Source: Candidatus Woesebacteria bacterium RBG_16_42_24 (GTDB taxonomy: Bacteria; Patescibacteriota; Microgenomatia; UBA8517). From it: a DNA stretch of 64,000 nucleotides. Below, in pieces: positions 18,301 to 25,051 of the stretch. Numbering within the stretch: position 1 is the stretch's first letter; every line of letters begins with the position of its first letter. Made by a program: the position numbers and the translations under genes. The notes below the pieces were generated by a model, which worked only from the letters and a program-made list of their open reading frames with translations, was not told where the DNA came from and did no database searches. The DNA is taken from assembly GCA_001792115.1 (NCBI GenBank), contig MGFX01000001.1, positions 5,847-69,846 of the forward strand, written 5' to 3'.

Positions 18301-21195
18301 ATTGGAAGGATTTTTTGCCTCTGTAACTTCGTCGGAATGTGAAGCACTCAATAGATCCTGGGCTGTTCTAAGGTTTGGTTCTGAGGCGTAAGCAAGGTTG
18401 GATACTGGAATAAAGGGAGAAATAGCGGCCAAAATTGAACTCAGTGACAAAAGTAGGGATAAAGCAAAGTTCCCAAGTTTTCTTTTATTTCTCGGCAAAA
18501 TTCTGAAGTTGTCAAAGCGAGAGTTGGCAGTAGCCAGGGATAGATAAGGGTTTAGGGAGTTAGGGTTTAGCCTGCCTGCCGGCAAGGCAGGGGTATTGGC
18601 ATTAGGTTTTAGACTAAACCCTAGACCCCAGTGCCTAGCACCTAGTGTCTGCAAAGCAGGTGCCCTTCCGGGCAAAATCCCTGATATGAATCTGTAGAAT
18701 CTGCCCCTGGTAAAGATGTCTGTGATACGTCCTGTCTTGGGGGTTCTAAACCAAGGTCCTTCGCTTTTTTCCAGGAAACCTTTTAAGGAGGCGTAGGCTT
18801 GGAAGGGAACGAGAATGTAGGATAATGCCACAAATGAGGCAAGACCTGCATAGTCTTTTTCTTCCGACTCCTCAAGAAATAGTCCCACGGCATTCATTAG
18901 AGGTAGGGCCAGTAAGTTGGTTAAGACCAGACTCCAGCCCCAGAGCTCTGTCCAGAAGGGCAGGTGGGCTCTAAAGACGGTTTCAGAGACAAGCCAGGAG
19001 AGGGTTCCCACCAGGAAGAAGAAGGCCTGGAGGTAGTAAGGGGAAAGGTAAAGGAATTCGAGCTTTTCACTAAAAGATAGAGGGGAAGGAATCCAGCTCT
19101 TTGACGATGGAGGATGGGGGGTAGAAGATAGTGGTTGAGGATTGAGGTTAGAAGATTGACTTTCTACCTTCAAACTTCTACCTTCTACCCCCACATTCAA
19201 TCCTCTACCTTCTACCGTCGAATCTTCCCAGTGTCCAAACATCAGTCTCACAAACATCCTTTTAATGTTGTTTGAGTGTCCTTCTGCCCATCTCATTCTT
19301 TGCCTGACTAGTCTTTTAATGGTGGAGACACACTCGGCAGGGGCTTGGATGTAAGGGGTATAGACCACTTTGTAGCCAGCTTCGTAGAGTTTTAGGGTCA
19401 GTTCAAAGTCCTCGGTGATTGAAGTTTCCCAGCCTACTTCTTCTAAGACATCTCTTCTGATCATATAGACCGATCCTGAAATCTGTTTAAGGCCTGAATA
19501 GATTTCAGTTCCTGAACGCTCAATGACGTATGAACCGGCATACTCACTCCTTACTCCCCTGGTTATCCAGTTCTCGGACTTATTTAAGACGTGCCACTGG
19601 TAACCTTGCACCGCAGCTATGCGCTGCCCGTGATCCGTAATTTGTAATTCGTCATTCGCAGTTTTATTCGGTTTACTATTTACGGATGACTGTTTACTTT
19701 TGGCGAAGTCTAACGAGCCTGCAGTTACCTGGAAGTACTTAAGGAATAGTGTCAGGGTGTCAGGATACGGTACAAAGTCTGCGTCAAAGACAGAAACGAA
19801 TTCTGCCCTGGGGTCTGTATGGATTAGAGCCTCCCTTAATGCCCCACCTTTAAACCCCGAGCGGGAGGTCCGATGCAGGTGCTTAACTATTACTCCCGGG
19901 GCTACCTCTACCGAGCTTAACGTCCAGCCCTCCCCCCCTCTGAATTTGGAATTTGGAATTTGGAATTTTCCAAGATAATCAGAGATTATCTTGGATGTCC
20001 CATCTGTCGAGTCGTCGCAGAGAATTACCTCATACTCTCCTTCATAGTCAAAGCTGGTTGAGGCGTTGATTAGTCTTTCAACTACATTCTTCTCGTTATA
20101 AAGGGGTATATGGATGGAGATAAAGGGGTGTCTAGTTAGTCTTACATGCTCAAGGTTTGCTTCCAGTCCTCCGGCTTTTGTCAAATTAGCTTGTTTCTTG
20201 TCGTTTGCCTTCCTGCCACCCAGACCCAAAAGCCAAGTCAATAGACTTTTTCCTCTGGCTTCAATCCCAATTTCACCTTCCCCTTTTCCTTCTTGGCTGA
20301 ATGACAAGACTAGTGCCAAAGTTAGATAGTATTTAAGAGAGTAGAGGAAGAAAACTGAACCTATCAAAAGAGCAACCGTGGCAAAAAAAAGTCCAGCGCT
20401 ACCCATACCTGCTTTTTCGGCAGTTGTTACCACATACCCAAAGAACCCAGTTAAGAAGATTGTTGCCCCAAAAGAAAGAGAAAACGCAGTCAATATTCTG
20501 ATTACTTTCTTGCGAGTTTCGTGGGAAAGTGCAAAAAACTGCCCTACTCTCCCTAAAACGGCCGCGATTGTCCTTATCTGTGGAGTGATTTGGCCTTGAG
20601 CGAATAAGAATCTTTTTTCAAAAGTAGAAAGGTCGCTCCTTCTAAGTATGTTCTGCACCCCATGATGGCTAAGGATAGGGTGAACCCCGACCTTGGGAAG
20701 ATTTTGAACTATTTTTCTAACGCCGTACTTAGGATATTTAGAAACTAGAGACTTAACGGCCTCTTCGTATAGCTGGGGAGCCTGTCTAAAATACCTTTTA
20801 ACCTGCGGAATTTGATCGCTAACGGCCATTATCCTTTTATCCGGCGCCAGTTGATACCTTTTGATCCACTTATAAATAGTGTTTCGAGAAACTTCGTATT
20901 CTTTGGCAAGCGAAGATATATCTTTTTCTTTAGCTAAAGCAGCCTCAACCATCCTGAATCTCTCGAGAGAAGAGAGTTTTCTAAACACAATTTTCTTTGG
21001 GGTTTGAGATTTTCGAGGTCGGCCTCCGATCTTAAAACTTAATCCATTCTCTCCATACCTTCTATATCTATTCAGCCATCTATAAAAAATCGTGCGTGAG
21101 ATTTGATACTTTCCACAAATAGAAGATACGCTCTCACCTTCAAGAGCTCTTTTAATAAGCTCAATTCTTTGCTTAGCTGAATATTTAGGCTGCAT
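15355..21195 (-). CDS. Giant 1946-aa fusion protein: transposase-type HTH domains, TM, processive family-2 glycosyltransferase (DxD, QRMRW) with post-catalytic TM bundle, signal-anchor, extracellular Asp-box (BNR) region, seven ~45-aa Cys-rich repeats, and a C-terminal PEP-CTERM-like sorting tail (VVPEK-TLILLLALPVISKYLSFL-NKKKKKGG)
   Basis: HTH: SVSSICGKYQISRTIFYRWLNRY and ISSLAKEYEVSRNTIYKWIKRYQ. GT2: ILCDDSTDGT, VFDADFVP, RLVRQRMRWAEGH. Asp-box SSDGLSW. Repeats of the form C..NCK[VLI][VI]Y....[FL].DC....C seven times. Tail compared with the PEP-CTERM consensus VPEPSTLALLGLGLL..RRRK. Confidence 0.8.
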   Translation of the reverse strand: MQPKYSAKQRIELIKRALEGESVSSICGKYQISRTIFYRWLNRYRRYGENGLSFKIGGRPRKSQTPKKIVFRKLSSLERFRMVEAALAKEKDISSLAKEYEVSRNTIYKWIKRYQLAPDKRIMAVSDQIPQVKRYFRQAPQLYEEAVKSLVSKYPKYGVRKIVQNLPKVGVHPILSHHGVQNILRRSDLSTFEKRFLFAQGQITPQIRTIAAVLGRVGQFFALSHETRKKVIRILTAFSLSFGATIFLTGFFGYVVTTAEKAGMGSAGLFFATVALLIGSVFFLYSLKYYLTLALVLSFSQEGKGEGEIGIEARGKSLLTWLLGLGGRKANDKKQANLTKAGGLEANLEHVRLTRHPFISIHIPLYNEKNVVERLINASTSFDYEGEYEVILCDDSTDGTSKIISDYLGKFQIPNSKFRGGEGWTLSSVEVAPGVIVKHLHRTSRSGFKGGALREALIHTDPRAEFVSVFDADFVPYPDTLTLFLKYFQVTAGSLDFAKSKQSSVNSKPNKTANDELQITDHGQRIAAVQGYQWHVLNKSENWITRGVRSEYAGSYVIERSGTEIYSGLKQISGSVYMIRRDVLEEVGWETSITEDFELTLKLYEAGYKVVYTPYIQAPAECVSTIKRLVRQRMRWAEGHSNNIKRMFVRLMFGHWEDSTVEGRGLNVGVEGRSLKVESQSSNLNPQPLSSTPHPPSSKSWIPSPLSFSEKLEFLYLSPYYLQAFFFLVGTLSWLVSETVFRAHLPFWTELWGWSLVLTNLLALPLMNAVGLFLEESEEKDYAGLASFVALSYILVPFQAYASLKGFLEKSEGPWFRTPKTGRITDIFTRGRFYRFISGILPGRAPALQTLGARHWGLGFSLKPNANTPALPAGRLNPNSLNPYLSLATANSRFDNFRILPRNKRKLGNFALSLLLSLSSILAAISPFIPVSNLAYASEPNLRTAQDLLSASHSDEVTEAKNPSNKETILKNASTRQIDTPRAIVKTAKSGKQIEFIFHKEPRVRIKADGREVEFETLSIGGKKAFPSESKIYSNKEVVYEEVIEGVDLKYSIAGNVLIEEFILKDSSSLSSSASIIQSVKTTDVKIVSPNSEAFGFYSKEGEELFKFSQPFAKDAMGEVSYDIDFSLEKDKIGYRLIKSFGQNFGSWLSAKERVFPISIDPSVIVSGGIEEGEVQYGGLQRKVAYVNGNWYAFYNCDAVTCTASTGGRIFFKKSSDGLSWDPAVTVDDGDTDNYNPSIAVSNNIIHVWWIDDGADRSEGRRIDTASSDAQGTLCQTSIEAGAIGNTFMTSVAQFSDTSVLIAYSDTTGGDAEINAFEIAGLDGSCSGNTTSVVTGNVTFGTQGAGLTSGDRPVLVGLDATSAAVVFQDGTDLSFAKYDASRDEWRRNNQTIGSVTDTIYSVTTDGTNIWALSVDTSTNQNTRLYSCCTADIAEFLIDSDTGSSGDEQDTEMDIWCPTSDPANCKVVYVDNLETAGPDLVFVDCDDENCSTFGSGTPRVIDSDTGSATNAPSPALFCVTSNNCKIAHGDLLGGNSPDVSLIDCNDETCSAPSQGDINGDLGGSTSKPNTSLYCMGDTDCKVVFFEDDTDDLWFADCSNANCSTRDALTAISLNINTTNSNAKNSIWCPAADDCKILYHDAVEGDLTLIDCTASTTCASRTELDIDTDVGGTSVNVPNAIDCTPGATDCKLIYADGSQLEFNFVDCGDATCTSANYTITKIDDTAGGLTTFGVDLDCSNGANDCKGVYVGNTASPEDQYFFDCDSAACASGSVIDLENPPTRSALACPSSTNCKLVYYDALESSQPPVYFADCDTADCLPTWTDEPDPWTSQTNITSATITYDSSNSDLYASVIKDTNEKAYLKSTDATTIFWGSESDWGWSGSADHLGQISGPLSGAGSSQIGVVLREGTNFEFAVVPEKTLILLLALPVISKYLSFLNKKKKKGG
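19621..19700. repeat. In-frame 75-80 bp MITE-like insertion inside the GT2-coding region of the giant gene. It is made of left-end-like and right-end-like sequences of the 21205-21665 four-helix-bundle cassette, and is absent from the paralog at 1121-1180.
   Basis: ccgtaatttgtaattcgtcattcgca resembles cgtaatccgtaatctgtcattcgtca (21214-21239). tcggtttactatttacggatgactg resembles tcggattacgatttacggatgacgg (21638-21662). It adds ~20 aa (..SKPNKTANDELQITDHGQR..) without breaking the frame. Confidence 0.55.
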
Positions 21196-21204
21196 TGGGC
21201 AGGA

Positions 21205-21665
21205 TTTAAGTTCGTAATCCGTAATCTGTCATTCGTCACCCGGATACAAGCTCAGATTACGAATCGTCATCTTTTTTTCTTTTCTCTGTTGAACGTATCA
21301 ACCCACTTATTAACTGAAATCCTTGATTTATTTTGTCTATTAAAGATTGAAATTCATCACCTGTAAGGAAATTTAGGTCTTTAGCTAATATAAGAAAATT
21401 TTGTACCTCTGCGTTTGAGCCACGAGCCTGATAATAAAAACGTATCTTATCAGCGAAATGATATCTCCCCCAGCCTTCCGCTATGTTGGCAGTCACAGAA
21501 GATGCCGCCCTTCGAAGCTGGTCAATAAGACCAAATCTTTCACTATTAGGGAATTTCCTCGTAAGTCTATAAATGGCGACAGCCACATCGTGGTTAACTC
21601 TCCAAGCATCAAGATCAGAAAAATGCATGTTTTTCTTCGGATTACGATTTACGGATGACGGATTA
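21205..21665. mobile_element. Small cassette carrying four-helix-bundle gene copy 3, bounded by related ~26-bp terminal sequences. Candidate non-autonomous IVS-like mobile element.
   Basis: Left end TTCGTAATCCGTAATCTGTCATTCGTCACC (21209-21240) plus internal inverted copy GATTACGAATCGTCATC. Right end GGATTACGATTTACGGATGACGG (21640-21662). A deletion derivative of both ends lies at 19621-19700. Confidence 0.5.
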
Positions 21666-21670
21666 TTCAT
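21257..21670 (-). CDS. Four-helix-bundle protein (23S rRNA IVS protein family), copy 3
   Basis: ..WRVNHDVAVAIYRLTRKFPNSERFGLIDQLRRAASSVTANIAEGWGRYHFADKIRFYYQARGSNAEVQNFLILAKDL.. matches the TIGR02436-type family. Confidence 0.75.
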   Translation of the reverse strand: MNNPSSVNRNPKKNMHFSDLDAWRVNHDVAVAIYRLTRKFPNSERFGLIDQLRRAASSVTANIAEGWGRYHFADKIRFYYQARGSNAEVQNFLILAKDLNFLTGDEFQSLIDKINQGFQLISGLIRSTEKRKKDDDS

Positions 21671-21954
21671 AAGAGTACTGTAAACACCTTTTTAGTGTCC
21701 TAAGGCTAATTTTACGCTTATCTTTCATGTTAACATCCAGTGGGTAACGTCTGTCAAGCCCATTTTTGTATAAATAGGTATCTTTCTATGACAACGTATG
21801 AATTGACGATGAAATAAGAAATACTTTGACTTAAGAAATTGTTATTACTTTAATGAAGTATAATAATAAGAAGCAATTACATAATTAATGTTAAATGTCC
21901 CAAATAATAGGATATTATTGCGAGTCTAAATTATACTCAAAATACTCAAAACAT

Positions 21955-22224
21955 TTATTTTCTACACAGGATGCACGTTCCGCGGATAAAAATTGGAGAG
22001 GAAACCGCAAGAATAATTCTGAAAAGAGAATTTAAAGTTAGCCCTAGTCCTGAAAGCAAAATTGGAGCCCCGACTATGTAATTTAAGGGGTAGATAAGTA
22101 TTTTAATAAGAAAATATCCTCCAACAGCAAGTATTAGCCAGACTATTGCTCCCAAAGAACCTCTTAATATGTGATAAAAAACCATGATTATAAAGTGGAA
22201 GAGATTATGTGAATCGGCAGACAT
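21955..22224 (-). CDS. Small membrane protein, hypothetical (start trimmed to an internal Met so as not to overlap the tRNA)
   Basis: The track ORF 21955..22269 overlaps tRNA-Ala(CGC). An internal Met at 22224 gives a 2-3 TM protein (AIVWLILAVGGYFLIKILIYPLNYIVGAPILLSGLGL). Confidence 0.3.
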   Translation of the reverse strand: MSADSHNLFHFIIMVFYHILRGSLGAIVWLILAVGGYFLIKILIYPLNYIVGAPILLSGLGLTLNSLFRIILAVSSPIFIRGTCILCRK

Positions 22225-22295
22225 ATATTGGCTGTGGACCCGCCGGGAATTGAACCCGGTCCTCCGCAATGCGAATGCGGTGTTCTACCGGTATA
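22225..22295 (-). tRNA. tRNA-Ala (anticodon CGC)
   Basis: Minus-strand sequence GGGCCCGTAGTATACCGGTAGAACACCGCATTCGCATTGCGGAGGACCGGGTTCAATTCCCGGCGGGTCCA. Acceptor with G3:U70, anticodon stem CCGCA/TGCGG with loop TTCGCAT, T-arm GGTTCAATTCC. The D-stem is imperfect. Confidence 0.55.
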
Positions 22296-22309
22296 CTACG
22301 GGCCCCGCT

Positions 22310-22440
22310 TACGGGTCTGCGCAGCTCAAATTATATCAGATTTCGGTATTCCAGTATTCTAGTCAGACGGTGTACCGGTTAACCGGTCAACTGGTTTACT
22401 GACTTACCGGAATACCGGGTTACTGGACTACTGGATTACT
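22310..22440. repeat. Low-complexity array of TACCGG/TACTGGA-type units
   Basis: ccggttaaccggtcaactggtttactgacttaccggaataccgggttactggactactggattactgaag. Confidence 0.4.
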
Positions 22441-22448
22441 GAAGTTAT

Positions 22449-23555
22449 TTATCTCAGCACATTGAGTGGATTAAGGTAGACTCCGTTTTGGATGATCTCG
22501 AAGTGAAGGTGAATTCCGGTTGAGCGGCCTGTTGAGCCCATCTTGCCTATCGCATCTCCCCTATTTACGGTTTGTCCCGGAACGACCCAAACCTGACTCA
22601 AGTGACCATAAAGAGTCCTAAAACCGTTACCATGGTCAATTACTACGCGGTTTCCGTAGCCATAACCGTCTGGCCAGCCGGCTACAACAACCCGTCCTGC
22701 ATCCGCAGCCAAAACTGCAGGAGCTCCGTTATTGGCAATATCTATCCCCTTATGATACCAAACAAATCTTTGAGTAATTGTTCCCCCAGCAGGCCAAACG
22801 AAGGCGCCCGAGGCAACAACTGTTCCGGCATTGGGCGTAACCTGGCGTACCCTGGCAACGGGTGACCAAAGAACCTCTGCCGGTTTTACCCCATCCGGTA
22901 CAACTACCGTCTGTCCAATTGCCAACTCAAAAGTCTCGTCATTTACAAAAGTGTTATAAGGGAAATCAACTAGCGCCTGGGCCGCGGTATCGTATTTCTT
23001 GGCAATGGAATAGACGGTATCGCCTTTTTGCACCTTGTGCGAAACTCCGGTGACGGGCAAGATCTCCAAAACCTGTCCTACTTTTATAGCGTCCTGACTT
23101 TTAAGATTATTTTGCCAACGAATGGTATCGATAGAAACATCAAACTTGTCCGCAATGGAACTAACTGTATCACCTTCCTGGATTGTGTATTCTACTACCT
23201 TATCTCTCACTTTGTCAGAAACCAAAGTCAAAATTTCACTTCCCTCGGTAGTTGCCGAAAGAACTGCAGCAGTTGCTGGAATTTCCCAGGGGTCAACACT
23301 CCTTCCCGGGAACTCCTGGGCGATAACTGGAGCAATTACCATACCCAAAGCCGCCAAAGACGCCATTCCAGTGTGGATTAAGCGGCGGGAGAGCCTTCCT
23401 CTTTGTCTGTAGAGTGCGGAGACAAAAATGTTTTTCCCGGCCTCAAATTTTAGGAACGATACAAGGAGATTTTTGTATAGAAAATTACCAAGTTCGATAA
23501 AAAACAGCTTTATTTCGGTGAGTTGAGTCAAAATTTGACCCAAAGGATCTTCCAT
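22449..23555 (-). CDS. Peptidoglycan hydrolase: two LysM domains plus a C-terminal M23 (LytM-type) metallopeptidase
   Basis: LysM: YTIQEGDTVSSIADKFDVSIDTI and HKVQKGDTVYSIAKKYD. M23: HKGIDIA...GYGNRVVIDHGNGFRTLYGHLS...GSTGRSTGIHLHFEI. Confidence 0.8.
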   Translation of the reverse strand: MEDPLGQILTQLTEIKLFFIELGNFLYKNLLVSFLKFEAGKNIFVSALYRQRGRLSRRLIHTGMASLAALGMVIAPVIAQEFPGRSVDPWEIPATAAVLSATTEGSEILTLVSDKVRDKVVEYTIQEGDTVSSIADKFDVSIDTIRWQNNLKSQDAIKVGQVLEILPVTGVSHKVQKGDTVYSIAKKYDTAAQALVDFPYNTFVNDETFELAIGQTVVVPDGVKPAEVLWSPVARVRQVTPNAGTVVASGAFVWPAGGTITQRFVWYHKGIDIANNGAPAVLAADAGRVVVAGWPDGYGYGNRVVIDHGNGFRTLYGHLSQVWVVPGQTVNRGDAIGKMGSTGRSTGIHLHFEIIQNGVYLNPLNVLR

Positions 23556-23595
23556 ACGGCAAAGAAGAAGATAACATATGAAATTGACTCCGTCA

Positions 23596-23700
23596 ATTTA
23601 ATGTCCAATTGCCAATTTCCAATTTCCAAATAAATCAAAAGTTTCAAAATTCGAATTTATAAATTAACTGGAGACTGGAAACTACTATTTTAGGCTACTG
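23596..23700. repeat. AT-rich intergenic repeat element (CCAATTTCCAAATA...AATTCGAA...AATTAACTGGAGACTGGAAACT). Related copy at 39585-39680.
   Basis: Shared blocks between the two loci by direct comparison. Confidence 0.4.
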
Positions 23701-25039
23701 TGAGGCTATCAAGGAAGTCCTTGTTTGTTTCAGCCTTTTTTAAGCGCTCAAGAAGCGTCTCTGTGCGTTCGTCTTCGCTAACAAGCTCGAGCATTCTTCT
23801 TAAGGTATGAATTTTGGGCAAGTCGTTTTTGCCGTAAAGAAGTTCCTCCTGTCTGGTTCCAGAACGAGAAACGTCAATTGCAGGAAACACTCTTCTGTCT
23901 GCAAGCTTTCTGGTTAAATGAAGTTCCATGTTCCCCGTTCCTTTAAATTCCTCATAAATAAGGTCGTCCATTCGCGAGCCCGTCTCAACCAAGCATGTCC
24001 CAATTATGGTGAGCGACCCCCCGTTTTCTATTTTTCTTGCTGCTCCGAAGAATTTCTTGGCTGGGTAAAGTGCCACAGGGTCAAATCCACCCGTAAGTGT
24101 TCGTCCGGAGGTAGGCAGGGCTAAATTGTAAGCTCTGGCCATACGCGTGATTGAATCAAGAAGTATTACAACGTCCACTCCCTGCTCGACAATTCTTTTG
24201 GCGCGCTCTAAGGCAAGCTCTCCGACTCTTGTTTGGTCAACCGGAGCCTCGTCAAAATTGCTCGCTGCAACCTCACCAAAGCCATCCGTAGCCTCTTTTG
24301 TAACCCTAAGTATATCTGTTACTTCCTCCGGCCTCTCTCCTATAAGAACGGCCATTAGATGTACTTTCTTAGTTTTGGCTTTACCATTCTCCGGGTAATT
24401 CTTGGCAATTCCTGTGATGATATCTTTTAGAAGCCAAGTTTTACCTGCTTTTGGGGGTGAAACTATTAAAGCCCTTTGACCAAAACCTATTGGAGAAATT
24501 AAATCAATCACTCTAGATGTTAATATATCTTTCTCGGTCGCAAGAGTAATTTGTACATCAGGGTAAATTGCCAACAGGTCGTCATAGTTTGCCCTCTCGC
24601 CCATTTCCTCTATAGGAACTGCGTTTACTTTCTCAACCTTTAAAAGTCCCCAATAGCGCTCATTCTCTTTGGGGCGCCTCGCCTGCCCTCCAACTAAGTC
24701 CCCGACCCTAAGATTAAACCTCCTGATTTGAGAGGCCGAGATATAAATGTCATGTTCAGATGCGGCAAACTTAGGTCTTAGAAGGCCGGATCCTTCATTT
24801 GCAATATCAAGTATTCCTTCGATATATTCTGTGGGAAGTCCTGAATCCGGTAGCATTCTTTCATCTACGACTAAACTACTCGCCGGCGTCGAAAGCTCAT
24901 CTGCTTTCTCCACTGGTTCTCCGACCAATTCCGCTACGGACGGGTTTTTAACTTCTTGAGCAGTTTCGGTTAACTTCTTCTTGGCTACCATTAAAGATTT
25001 GAACTTTGGGAAGCGAGAAACGACTCGCGGCGAAGACAT
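23690..25039 (-). CDS. rho: Transcription termination factor Rho
   Basis: GQRALIVSPPKAGKT (P-loop), VLIGERPEEVTD, ILLDSITRMARAYN, IYEEFKGTGNMELHLTRKLADRRVFPAIDVSRSGTR. The C-terminal half is near-collinear with E. coli Rho. Confidence 0.85.
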   Translation of the reverse strand: MSSPRVVSRFPKFKSLMVAKKKLTETAQEVKNPSVAELVGEPVEKADELSTPASSLVVDERMLPDSGLPTEYIEGILDIANEGSGLLRPKFAASEHDIYISASQIRRFNLRVGDLVGGQARRPKENERYWGLLKVEKVNAVPIEEMGERANYDDLLAIYPDVQITLATEKDILTSRVIDLISPIGFGQRALIVSPPKAGKTWLLKDIITGIAKNYPENGKAKTKKVHLMAVLIGERPEEVTDILRVTKEATDGFGEVAASNFDEAPVDQTRVGELALERAKRIVEQGVDVVILLDSITRMARAYNLALPTSGRTLTGGFDPVALYPAKKFFGAARKIENGGSLTIIGTCLVETGSRMDDLIYEEFKGTGNMELHLTRKLADRRVFPAIDVSRSGTRQEELLYGKNDLPKIHTLRRMLELVSEDERTETLLERLKKAETNKDFLDSLTVA

Positions 25040-25051
25040 CCTTGCCGCTTA

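Noticed and set aside
21955-22269. Full-length track ORF for the small membrane protein
   Set aside because: Its 5' 45 nt overlap tRNA-Ala(CGC), so it was trimmed to the internal Met at 22224. Even the trimmed call is low confidence.
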